A stretch of 64,000 nt of DNA. Source: Polyangiales bacterium. Its GTDB lineage: Bacteria > Myxococcota_A > Polyangia > Polyangiales > Polyangiaceae. Positions 29,693 to 38,714 of this stretch are shown here, in pieces; position 1 is the stretch's first letter; the number at the start of each line of letters is the position of its first letter. The notes under the pieces are model-generated. The model was not told the DNA's origin. It worked only from the letters and a program-made list of their open reading frames with translations, and made no database searches. Location: contig JBBRNJ010000017.1 in the NCBI GenBank assembly GCA_038230375.1, positions 57,501 through 121,500 on the forward strand, read 5' to 3'. Made by a program: the position numbers and the translations under genes.

Positions 29693-30889
29693 TCAGGGCT
29701 TCGCGACGCGGACGATCGTTCCGTTGTTCACGGCGTTGGTGAAGTAGACGGCGGTGGAGTCCAGGGCGATCGCCGCGGGCGCGCCGCCTTCCGCCAGAAC
29801 CATGGGCCCCGTCTTCGGGCAGCCGCCGAGCGGGCACGCAAGGACGCGGCCGCGCGCGAAGTCGGTCCAGTAGACATTCGTCTCGTCGGCGGCGATCCCT
29901 CTCGGCACGCCTTCGTCGGGCGCGATGGTGGTGACGGATAGCTGGCAGTTGCTTCGTGCACAGTGGAGGATGCGACCCGCGCCGCCATCGGTGTCGACCC
30001 AGAACACATCCTTCGAGGTGATCGCGAGATTGAGCTGCGTGCCTGCGTTGGCCGCCAGCTGCGTTGCTCCAGGACCGCTGCACCCTGCAGGAGGACACGA
30101 CCAGACCGCGCCACCCACGTTTGGCGACGAGCTGAAGACGATGCCGGCATCGTCTGCCTTCACGTCAAGGAAGTACGTCCCGGCGTTGCCATCGAGCGCG
30201 GAGATGATCGCGTTGCAGACCGGGTTGGGTGGGGTCGTGCACGCGTAGAGGCCGCTCGTGTTGCCGGAGCCAGCGTAGCCCACGTACACGTAGCCGTTGC
30301 GTGTGAAGAGGGCCATGGCTGGCTGCAGGAACTGCTCGGTCCCGCCGCCGGCTGCGGCGTCGATCCCCTGGTACTGCACGCGCTGGTTGTAGAGCGAGTA
30401 GTAGACGTACGTAGAGTCCACGGCGAGTCGATCGACGTCGTTCGAGGTGCTGATGAGCGTGCTCGCGTTGCCGCCGTCCTTCGGAGCGAACTGCACGGCG
30501 CCCGCCGACTCGGTCCAGAACACGAGTGTACCTGAGAGCGCGAGCGCAACGGGAGTGCCCGCGGAGACGGCGAGTGGTACGGCCTGGCACACGCCAGTCA
30601 CGCAACCACCGCCGACGCAGTCGTGCCCACACCTGCCGCAGTTGACGGGATCCGACGCGAGGTCCGCCGCGTCGCATGGTGATGCGTCACCTCTCGCATC
30701 CTTGGAGGCATCGAGCGATGCGTCGAGGGCGACCACAGCGTCTACAGTCCCGTCGCTGCCCGCGTCGCCAGCGTCCACGTTGGACTCGAGGAGCTCGTGA
30801 TCGGGGATGCCGATGACGAGCCCACAGCCCCCGAGCATCACTGCCGAGAGCACCGCGACCGCAAGCACTCGCCGGGACCGAACCGACAC
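29693..30889 (-). CDS. Lipoprotein with DAG linker, Cys motif and beta-propeller repeats
   Basis: LGGC lipobox; SDPVNCGRCGHDC; repeated (I/L)A.D...VYWT blades. Confidence 0.8.
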   Translation of the reverse strand: MSVRSRRVLAVAVLSAVMLGGCGLVIGIPDHELLESNVDAGDAGSDGTVDAVVALDASLDASKDARGDASPCDAADLASDPVNCGRCGHDCVGGGCVTGVCQAVPLAVSAGTPVALALSGTLVFWTESAGAVQFAPKDGGNASTLISTSNDVDRLAVDSTYVYYSLYNQRVQYQGIDAAAGGGTEQFLQPAMALFTRNGYVYVGYAGSGNTSGLYACTTPPNPVCNAIISALDGNAGTYFLDVKADDAGIVFSSSPNVGGAVWSCPPAGCSGPGATQLAANAGTQLNLAITSKDVFWVDTDGGAGRILHCARSNCQLSVTTIAPDEGVPRGIAADETNVYWTDFARGRVLACPLGGCPKTGPMVLAEGGAPAAIALDSTAVYFTNAVNNGTIVRVAKP

Positions 30890-30938
30890 GATCGGAAGGT
30901 ATCACACTGGTTTCGTCGACGCAGCGGTGGGCCGATTC

Positions 30939-31421
30939 TCAGCCGCCCCCCGTATCTGCATCCGCGCTCGCGTCCGTGCCGGTCTCGGGGACCGCGCCCG
31001 CGTCCCACGACGTTGTGGGCACACATTCCCCGCTCACGCACACACCATCGGATTCCGCCAACAGGCACGCAAGGCCATCCGCGACGTTGGCCCTTTCCAC
31101 CACGCCTCTTCCCGCGCCGACAGCGCACGAGAGAATCGCGCAGGGCAAACTCTGTCGGGGCGCGTCCGTCGGCTCGTACGACGACTGCGCTTGCCCACCG
31201 ACACATCGAGTGAGGGTGCAGTCGCCTGGCGTGTCGATGTCCACGTGGGCATCGCCCGCGCACGGGTCGGTGGCGCTGCCGAGCCCAAGCTTGAGCGCGG
31301 GGTCGGAGAAGATGCCGTCGCCAAGGTCGCACCCGGCAGGTACCGCGGTCACCAGCCCAAGGGCGAGCACAATTCCACGCGGGGAACGCGAACGGAGCCG
31401 GAAGGGCCAAGGGAAGTTCAT
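30939..31421 (-). CDS. Small Cys-rich putative lipoprotein
   Basis: PAGC after a hydrophobic stretch; several Cys; DAG/DAS tail. Codon bias is weaker than in neighbours. Confidence 0.5.
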   Translation of the reverse strand: MNFPWPFRLRSRSPRGIVLALGLVTAVPAGCDLGDGIFSDPALKLGLGSATDPCAGDAHVDIDTPGDCTLTRCVGGQAQSSYEPTDAPRQSLPCAILSCAVGAGRGVVERANVADGLACLLAESDGVCVSGECVPTTSWDAGAVPETGTDASADADTGGG

Positions 31422-31639
31422 GTTCGGCGCAACGCACTACACGTGCCACGGTCGCGTTCCACACGAGCCCGGCAAATTTGGCTCGATCCGATGTTGCGAA
31501 CAGACGAGCCCATGACAGCCGTGGCAGGAACGAGCGGCCGCTCGAAACAATTTGCCATATGCAGGCAAAATTATCGGCGCCGCCTACGTGGCCCAGGCCC
31601 AACGTCGCAAGGCATCGAGGGCTCGCTGTGCCGTCTCCG

Positions 31640-31987
31640 TCAGCCCGCGGGCGCGTCGGCACCACCGTCGTCGAGCGGCATTGCATCGGCGGGCTTGCTC
31701 GCATCGGTCGAGGGGCCCTGGTATGTCCCGACCTTGACGAGCTTGCCCGCCTGGCAACCATAGGTCGGCAGCGTGCCGCCTTGGCTGCAGTCACCTTCGG
31801 CGGTGCAGGACTCGCCATCCATGCACACGTCTCCGGCCGAAGGAAACCCGCCCGAGCACCCACTAATGTCAGAGCGCGTGGAACCATCCACGTGGTCCGG
31901 CGGTGTGGGCTGCAAACCCGTGACGCAGTCTACGAACGCGGCGAGCAGCGACGCAGTGAGCAGGACTGAAACCAGGAGCTGCCTCAT
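31640..31987 (-). CDS. Small Cys-rich exported protein or lipoprotein
   Basis: MRQLLVSVLLTASLLAAFVDC; P..GD.C...G..C; DAS/DGG tail. Confidence 0.55.
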   Translation of the reverse strand: MRQLLVSVLLTASLLAAFVDCVTGLQPTPPDHVDGSTRSDISGCSGGFPSAGDVCMDGESCTAEGDCSQGGTLPTYGCQAGKLVKVGTYQGPSTDASKPADAMPLDDGGADAPAG

Positions 31988-32010
31988 CACCACCACGTAT
32001 CATAGGTGCC

Positions 32011-32754
32011 ATGTGCGGCCGCGCCACGTTGACGACGCCCGGTGACGAGCTGCGCGAGCAGCTGGGTCTCGACGTGGTACCGACCATGGTGCCGCGCTTC
32101 AACATTGCTCCGTCGCAGCCCATCGCCGTCATCACGACGCCGCGCATCCTCTCATTCGCTGCGTTCGGATTGTCGTCACTCACCGGCAGGCCGGGCAGGA
32201 CGATCAACCTGCGCGGAGAGTCGCTCCCGAACGTGCCGGCGTACCGCGATGCATTCCAGCGGCATCGATGTCTCGTCGTGGTCGACGGGTTCTTCGAGTG
32301 GCGCGACGTGCCCGCCACGCCAGCGCAGGGTGCCTTGTTCGGGGACGTCGTTCCCGCGCGCGGGAAGAAGGGGAAGCCGAGGAAGCCGCTGAAGCAAGCG
32401 TTCCACATTCGTCGTGCAGACCACGCGCCGTTCACGCTCGCGGGGGTCTGGGCGGTGAAGGCCGACGCCGAGCCCGCGAATGAGTGTGCGATCGTGACGG
32501 GCGCGGCTGCTGGCGTGGTGGCGGGGCTACACGATCGGATGCCTGTGATCGTCGCGCCTGCCGCGCGTGGCGTGTGGCTCTCGGGCGCCGAGATTGAACC
32601 AGGTCGAGACGCGCTTCTGCACCTGCTGTCGCGGCAGACGGTGGCCGCGAGCGCAGCCGACCTCGTCGCCGTGCAGGTTGGAGAGCGGGTCAATAGCGCT
32701 GCCTTCGACGACGAAGAAGTGCTGAGACCGGCTGCCGAGCCGCGCCGAGTCTGA
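32011..32754 (+). CDS. SOS response-associated peptidase (SRAP/HMCES/YedK family)
   Basis: N-terminal MCGR, RFNIAPSQ, RCLVVVDGFFEW, HDRMP. Confidence 0.92.
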   Translation: MCGRATLTTPGDELREQLGLDVVPTMVPRFNIAPSQPIAVITTPRILSFAAFGLSSLTGRPGRTINLRGESLPNVPAYRDAFQRHRCLVVVDGFFEWRDVPATPAQGALFGDVVPARGKKGKPRKPLKQAFHIRRADHAPFTLAGVWAVKADAEPANECAIVTGAAAGVVAGLHDRMPVIVAPAARGVWLSGAEIEPGRDALLHLLSRQTVAASAADLVAVQVGERVNSAAFDDEEVLRPAAEPRRV

Positions 32755-32755
32755 T

Positions 32756-33793
32756 ATGAATGGCCCCATGCGTCTGTCCCGCGCCTGTGCGGCGCTCATC
32801 CTCGCCGGCAGCCTGACCATCGGGTCCACTGCCAGCGCCGCGGACCCCACCCCCGAGGACATCTCCCAGGCACGTTCGCTCGGTGAGCAGGGACAGGTGG
32901 CGCTCGACGCCAAGAAGTTCGCAGAGGCCGAGAGGCTCTTCTCCGCCGCCACCGCGCTCTATCCGGTCGCGCCCACACTCCCGCTCGGCGCCGCGCGCGC
33001 CATGGCGGGACAGGGAAAGCTCATCCAGGCGCGCGAGACGTACAACAAGATCGTGCGCGACAGTGACAAGCTCCAGGGCGGGCCCGCAGCGTTCAAGGCC
33101 GCCGTGGAATCCGCCCGCACCGAGAGCGAGGCGATCGCGCCGAAGATCGGCAGCGTCACGGTCGTCGTCGAAGGCCCGAAGGAGGCGAAGGTCGCGCTCG
33201 ACGACGGCCAGATCCCCGCTGCCGCGTGGGGACTCCCCCGCCCCATCGATCCGGGCACGCACAAGCTCATCGCCACGCTCGCTGGATACAAGTCTGCAGA
33301 GATCACGTTCACGGTGGTGGATGGCGCGAAGGTGGATCAGAAGCTGACGCTGGTGAAGGATGACGCCGGTGCAGCCGTCGTGGTCGGCGGTGCAGGCAGC
33401 GGCGGCAACGGCCAGGTCAGCGGCAGTGGCAGCGGTGACCCGGGCCAGGGCGCATCCGGCTCTTCGGGCTCATCACGCAAGACGGCCGGCTATATCGTCG
33501 GTGGCATCGGAGTCGTCGGCATCGGTATTGGCGCGCTCACGGGGCTCGTTGCGATCTCCGACAAAAACAAGCTCGAGAAGGCCTGCACGAACGGCAAGTG
33601 CCCACCCACGCAGCAGAGCGCCGTGAACAGCTACAACACGATGGGCACGCTCTCCACCGTCGGCTTCGTCGTCGGTGGCCTCGCGCTCGCGGGCGGCATC
33701 GTGCTCATCGTCACGGCGCCGAAGGATCCGAAGGCCGCGTTCGTGTCACCCTACCTCGCGCCGGGTGAGGCCGGGCTGACGGGCCGGTTTTGA
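32756..33793 (+). CDS. TPR-like plus PEGA domain protein with C-terminal hydrophobic segments
   Basis: Signal peptide; PIDPGTHKLIAT PEGA-like motif; two Gly-rich hydrophobic segments; ends GRF. Confidence 0.75.
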   Translation: MNGPMRLSRACAALILAGSLTIGSTASAADPTPEDISQARSLGEQGQVALDAKKFAEAERLFSAATALYPVAPTLPLGAARAMAGQGKLIQARETYNKIVRDSDKLQGGPAAFKAAVESARTESEAIAPKIGSVTVVVEGPKEAKVALDDGQIPAAAWGLPRPIDPGTHKLIATLAGYKSAEITFTVVDGAKVDQKLTLVKDDAGAAVVVGGAGSGGNGQVSGSGSGDPGQGASGSSGSSRKTAGYIVGGIGVVGIGIGALTGLVAISDKNKLEKACTNGKCPPTQQSAVNSYNTMGTLSTVGFVVGGLALAGGIVLIVTAPKDPKAAFVSPYLAPGEAGLTGRF

Positions 33794-35118
33794 GCGCGAT
33801 CGTCCTCCGCGGTGTGCATGCGTTCGATCCCAGCTCGGGCGTGGACGGGATCATCGACGTCGTCGTGGAGGAGGGCAAGATCACGCGCGCCGGTCGCGAT
33901 GCCGGACGCGAGCTCACGGCGGCGCCGTCCGAGAAGGTGCGGATCATCCAGGGGCTCTCCGAGCAAGGCAACCAGCGCTGGCTCTTCCCCGGCTTCGTGG
34001 ATCTGCACGCGCACCTGCGTGAGCCCGGCAACGAGTCCAAGGAGGACATCAAGAGCGGCCTCGCCGCCGCGGCTGCCGGTGGCTACGTGGACGTGTGCGT
34101 GATGCCGAACACGCGACCCGTGAACGACTCCACCATCATCACCGAGTGGATGGTCCACAAGGGCAAGGCCGCGAACAGCGCACGGCTCCACCCCATCTGC
34201 GCGATCACCACGGGCCAGAACGGCGAGGCCCTCACTGAGATGGCGCTGCTCAAGGAGGCCGGCGCGATCGCCGCCTCCGACGACGGCAAATGCGTCACCC
34301 GCAGCGACGTCATGCGCCGCGCGCTGGAGTACGGCAAGACGTTCGACCTGCCCATCATCCAGCACGCAGAGGACCACCTGCTCACCCAGGGCGCCGAGAT
34401 GCACGAGGGCGCGATCTCCGCACGTCTCGGGCTTCGTGGGTGGCCGCGCATCGCCGAGGACATCATCGTCGCGCGCGACGTGTTACTTGCAGAATACACG
34501 GACTCTCGCTACCACGTCGCGCACCTGTCCACGCTGGGCGCGGCGCGCATCGTGCGCGAGGCGAAGTCGCGCGGCATCAAGGTCACGTGCGAGGTCACGC
34601 CGCACCACCTGACCATGACCCACGAGCTCTTGATCGGCTACGACACCGCGTGCAAGGTGAACCCGCCGCTTCGCGAAGCCGAGGACCTCGAGGCGCTGCT
34701 TGCGGCGCTGGCCGACGGCACCATCGATGCGATCGCAACGGACCATGCGCCCCATACCGCCGCTGACAAGGAAGGGCCCATTGCCGACGCTGCCATGGGA
34801 ATGATCGGACTGGAGCTCTGTCTGCCGATGCTGCTGGGCCTCGTGGACAAGGGCAAGCTGCCGCTCGCGCGCGTGATCACAGCGCTGTCGCCCGGTCCTG
34901 CGAAGATCGTCGGGCTCGCGCAGCCGCGCATCCGCGAGGGGGCAGCGGCGGACCTGACGCTGGTCGACCGCGCGGAGACGTGGATAGTCACGCCGGCGCA
35001 GCTGCGCTCGAAGAGCCACAACACACCGCTTCTGAACCAGACCGTGCGTGGCCGCGTGAAGGCGACGCTCCGCGACGGCATCTTCATTCACGACGAACTG
35101 GAAGGCAGACGCCCATGA
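33790..35118 (+). CDS. pyrC: Dihydroorotase
   Basis: PGFVDLHAHLREPG, MPNT, EVTPHHL, KVNPPLR, ATDHAPH. Confidence 0.95.
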   Translation: MSAIVLRGVHAFDPSSGVDGIIDVVVEEGKITRAGRDAGRELTAAPSEKVRIIQGLSEQGNQRWLFPGFVDLHAHLREPGNESKEDIKSGLAAAAAGGYVDVCVMPNTRPVNDSTIITEWMVHKGKAANSARLHPICAITTGQNGEALTEMALLKEAGAIAASDDGKCVTRSDVMRRALEYGKTFDLPIIQHAEDHLLTQGAEMHEGAISARLGLRGWPRIAEDIIVARDVLLAEYTDSRYHVAHLSTLGAARIVREAKSRGIKVTCEVTPHHLTMTHELLIGYDTACKVNPPLREAEDLEALLAALADGTIDAIATDHAPHTAADKEGPIADAAMGMIGLELCLPMLLGLVDKGKLPLARVITALSPGPAKIVGLAQPRIREGAAADLTLVDRAETWIVTPAQLRSKSHNTPLLNQTVRGRVKATLRDGIFIHDELEGRRP

Positions 35119-36251
35119 CGAACGCGCGTGCAGGAGGTGAGGACTCTCATCTGGTCCTCGCTGACGGAACCATCTTCCCCGGCAAGGCGTTCGGCGCGCG
35201 CAAGGTGTCCACGGGCGAGGCGGTCTTCACCACGCAGATGACGGGCTACCAGGAGATCCTGACGGACCCGAGCTACCACGGGCAGATCGTCACCATGACG
35301 TCGCCCGAGATCGGCAACTACGGCATCAATCCCGAAGACGCGGAGTCCATGAGCGGCGCGCCGAGCGTCCGCGGCTTCGTCGTGCGCAGCCTGTCGCCCA
35401 TCGCTTCGAATCAGCGCGCCACCGAGACGCTCGATGCGTACCTCGTGCGCCACGACGTCGTTGGCATCGCGGAAGTGGACACGCGCAAGCTCACGCGCCA
35501 CCTGCGCGACAACGGCTCGCAGAACGCCGCGATCGGCGTGGGTGATCCCGCGGCGCTCCTGGCGCAGGCGCGCAAGGCGCCGGACATGAGCGGGCTTGAC
35601 CTGGTGCAGTTCGTCACGCCGAAGGAGCCGTACACCTTCACGGAGAACCAGGGCGTCTTCGCGCCGGCGGCACCGCGGAGCCTCGCCAAGGGCAAGCACG
35701 TGGTGGTGGTGGATTTTGGTGCAAAGAAGAACATCCTGCGCTGCATGGTCGCTGCGGGCTTCCGTGTGACCGGCGTGCCGGCGAAGACCTCCGCGAAGGA
35801 CATCCTGGGCCTCTCACCCGACGCGGTGTTCCTGTCGAACGGCCCGGGCGATCCCGCGGCGCTCGGCTACGCGGTGGCGATGGTGCGCGACGTGCTCGGC
35901 AAGAAGCCGCTCTTCGGCATCTGCCTCGGACATCAGCTCCTCGCCCTGGCCCTGGGTGGCAAGACGTACAAGCTGAAGTTCGGGCACCGCGGCGGCAACC
36001 AACCCGTGAAGGATCTGGCTACGGGGAAGATCTCGATCACGTCCCAGAACCACGGCTTCTGCGTGGACCTGGCGAGCTTGCCGCCCGGCATCGTATCCAC
36101 GCACGTCCACCTGAACGATGGCACGAGCGAGGGCCTTCGGGCAGACAGCGTCAACGCATTCAGCGTGCAATATCACCCAGAGGCAGCCGCCGGCCCCCAC
36201 GATGCCCTGGATCTCTTCGAGCGGTTCGCAGAGCGCGTGGCGCTTTCGTGA
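35115..36251 (+). CDS. carA: Carbamoyl-phosphate synthase small subunit
   Basis: ATGA overlap; GYQEILTDPSY, SNGPGDP, GICLGHQ, QYHPE. Confidence 0.97.
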   Translation: MTNARAGGEDSHLVLADGTIFPGKAFGARKVSTGEAVFTTQMTGYQEILTDPSYHGQIVTMTSPEIGNYGINPEDAESMSGAPSVRGFVVRSLSPIASNQRATETLDAYLVRHDVVGIAEVDTRKLTRHLRDNGSQNAAIGVGDPAALLAQARKAPDMSGLDLVQFVTPKEPYTFTENQGVFAPAAPRSLAKGKHVVVVDFGAKKNILRCMVAAGFRVTGVPAKTSAKDILGLSPDAVFLSNGPGDPAALGYAVAMVRDVLGKKPLFGICLGHQLLALALGGKTYKLKFGHRGGNQPVKDLATGKISITSQNHGFCVDLASLPPGIVSTHVHLNDGTSEGLRADSVNAFSVQYHPEAAAGPHDALDLFERFAERVALS

Positions 36252-36275
36252 GTTCACGGTATAGTTGGTAGGTCG

Positions 36276-37127
36276 ATGTCGACTCATCGCTTGTTGCTTG
36301 GTACTGCGGTCCTCTGCGCCCTGGTGATTTCAGCCGCGTGTGGAACGGCCGCAAAGAAGAACACCTTCGTCCCCTCGGGTGACGGCGGCCCCGACACCAA
36401 CACGGGTGACGGAGACGACGCTGCCGTTCTGGACCCGACCCCCACGGGCTCCCAGACCGACGTGGGCGATCACCCTGCTACGGGCGACGGTGGCAAGACC
36501 GACGCGAGCCGCGGCGGCACCACCGGCACCACCGTGGAGGCCGGCGTGGACTCCGGTCCCGTCGTGCCTGTGTACTGCGCCGGGCCGCTCGCCGTGGGCG
36601 ACGTGCGCGTCGTCGAGCTGATGATCAAATCGCAGACGGCCGCCTTTGACGACGGCGAGTGGATCGAGCTCCAGAGCGCACGCGACTGCATCCTGAAGCT
36701 GGGCGGCGTCGTTGTCGAGTCGCCATGGGCGACGGACGCGGGCAGCGGCATCGACTCCGTGACCATTCCCATGGGCTTCGAGCTCCAGCCGAACGGCATC
36801 TTCGTCGTCGCCGACACGGACAGCGTCACGTACAACCACGGCATCAAGCCGGTGTTCTCGCTCGACACGATCGACGCCCTGGACGACGACGGTGACAAGA
36901 TCACCGTGAAGGCGGACAGCAAGTCCGGGAGCACCGTGCTTGACGCATTCACCTACCCGAAGTTCACCAACCTGCCGGTCGCGCGCTCCATGAGCTTCCC
37001 CTCCGACTGTGCGTGGTCCCAGCGCTCGGACTGGCCGCACTGGAGCTACACGTTCAACGTCTACGCCACTGGCTTCAAAGGCACGCCGAACGGTGACAAC
37101 AGCGACGTTGCGTGTCCGGTTCCGTAG
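36276..37127 (+). CDS. Lipoprotein with lamin-tail-like domain
   Basis: SAAC lipobox; DGG tether; V.ELM...GEWIEL and GTP motifs. Confidence 0.7.
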   Translation: MSTHRLLLGTAVLCALVISAACGTAAKKNTFVPSGDGGPDTNTGDGDDAAVLDPTPTGSQTDVGDHPATGDGGKTDASRGGTTGTTVEAGVDSGPVVPVYCAGPLAVGDVRVVELMIKSQTAAFDDGEWIELQSARDCILKLGGVVVESPWATDAGSGIDSVTIPMGFELQPNGIFVVADTDSVTYNHGIKPVFSLDTIDALDDDGDKITVKADSKSGSTVLDAFTYPKFTNLPVARSMSFPSDCAWSQRSDWPHWSYTFNVYATGFKGTPNGDNSDVACPVP

Positions 37128-37175
37128 CAGCGGAGTGGCAGCTGCCTGGCAGTGCCTGCTGACCGGCGCTAGACG

Positions 37176-38066
37176 CTAGACCACCGTGACGACGTTCATC
37201 TGCCGCGCGATCTTGTCGCGGACTTCCGCGCCTTCGAGCCTGTGAACAAGGTGCAGGCCGAGATCGATCGCGGCCGTGACTCCCGATGCGGTGACCACGT
37301 GGCCTTCGTCCACCACGCGCGCGTCCACGTACGTGGCCCCGTAAACGGAAAGCTGGTCCTTCGCGCTCTCGTGGGTGGTGGCGCGCTTTCCTTGCAGGCG
37401 GCCAGCCGCGCCCAGCAGGAGCGAGCCCGTGCACACGCTGGCGACGAATGCATGCGGACCAGGAGCCCGCAACCAGGCCAGGACGTCCGCGTCGGAGACC
37501 AGCTCACGCGTGGCCATCCCACCAGCAACGACCACCAGATCGTACGAGGCGAGCGGCGGACGCACACGCGCGGCCTGCACGGTGAGCCCGAACGACGAGA
37601 AGACATTCGCGCCGGAGGTCGCCGACACGACCTCGCATTCCAGCGTCGCGTCAAAGCCCATGGTCTTCACGCGCGACACGGGGTCGAGCACGCCCACAAG
37701 ATCGAGCAAGGTCATCCCCGAGAACGCGACGAACGCGATGCGTGTACCTTGCACGCGATCCGGAGCGTCCGCGAGGGAATCGAGCGTGAGCTCGTTTGCG
37801 ACGGCGGAGCGCGGGATCGGCCCGAGCACGTGAGGCATTGGCCCGCGCGGCGTGGGGTCCTCTCGCACGATCGCCCCGACGCGACGCGGATCGATCTGGA
37901 GGACCGTGACCTCCTCACCGGGCTGGAAGTAGAGCCGCGCGCTCTCCGCCACCGCGGTCACGTAGGACGTGTGCACGAAGCCGTCGGCCGCGAGCGACTG
38001 CGGCGCGTGCTCCGTCCATCCCGGGCGAAGGTCGGCCTTCCTTGCTACGTGATACAGCCACTGCAT
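37176..38066 (-). CDS. DUF952 plus DJ-1/PfpI fusion protein
   Basis: N-terminal LYHV, SLAADGFVHTS, PHVLGPIP (DUF952); C-terminal LDLVG, SVCTGS, ATTH, TASGVTAAID (DJ-1/InhA-like). Confidence 0.85.
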   Translation of the reverse strand: MQWLYHVARKADLRPGWTEHAPQSLAADGFVHTSYVTAVAESARLYFQPGEEVTVLQIDPRRVGAIVREDPTPRGPMPHVLGPIPRSAVANELTLDSLADAPDRVQGTRIAFVAFSGMTLLDLVGVLDPVSRVKTMGFDATLECEVVSATSGANVFSSFGLTVQAARVRPPLASYDLVVVAGGMATRELVSDADVLAWLRAPGPHAFVASVCTGSLLLGAAGRLQGKRATTHESAKDQLSVYGATYVDARVVDEGHVVTASGVTAAIDLGLHLVHRLEGAEVRDKIARQMNVVTVV

Positions 38067-38086
38067 GCCGCAGACGGGGGATCGAG

Positions 38087-38641
38087 CTACTTACGGAGCT
38101 CGATGTCGACGCGACGATCCTTCGCGTAGCCCATCTCATCTGAGCCAACGGCGTCCAGCGCGCCGCGCGACGTCTCGAACATCTTGTCCTCGCCCAGGCC
38201 CTGCGACGAGAGGAAGCCGCGCACGCGCTGAGCGCGGTTGTGGCCGAGCGACATGTTGTACTCCTGCTCGCCGCGCGCATCCGCACGCCCCGTGAGCATC
38301 ACCGACTTGCCCTTGAGCGGGCCCGTGGTGAGGCACTTGGCGATCTGCCCGAGCAGGTTCTTCTCCGCCTCCGACACGTCTGCCGAGTCGTAGTCGAACT
38401 TTGGAGAGAGGCCCGGATCCTGGAGATTGCAGGCGCGCTGGATGTCATCCGACACGTTGAGCGCGGGATCCTTCAGTGCCTTGAACGCCACTGCGCCCGC
38501 GTCCTTAGGGGCGGCGGCGGCAGTGTCGGTGGGATTGGACTTCACCTCGTTCGGCGTAGTGGACGCCGGCTTGTCGGGGCCGCACGCGAGGAGGCCGAAC
38601 GAGAGAGAGATTGCGCAGGTGAACCACTGAGCCCGTTTCAT
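38087..38641 (-). CDS. Pal/OmpA-family lipoprotein
   Basis: LLAC lipobox; FDYDS, GRADARG..EYNMSLG..RA, DRRVDI. Confidence 0.88.
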   Translation of the reverse strand: MKRAQWFTCAISLSFGLLACGPDKPASTTPNEVKSNPTDTAAAAPKDAGAVAFKALKDPALNVSDDIQRACNLQDPGLSPKFDYDSADVSEAEKNLLGQIAKCLTTGPLKGKSVMLTGRADARGEQEYNMSLGHNRAQRVRGFLSSQGLGEDKMFETSRGALDAVGSDEMGYAKDRRVDIELRK

Positions 38642-38714
38642 GAGGTCTCTATAGTCCCGAGCGCGCCCGAAGGGAACCCACACCTGACTTCATGGCTGAG
38701 TCAGCGCGATTGGC

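Noticed and set aside
29563..32754. tRNA-anchored prophage or genomic island
   Set aside because: No integrase and no duplicated tRNA 3' end seen by eye; SRAP alone is insufficient.
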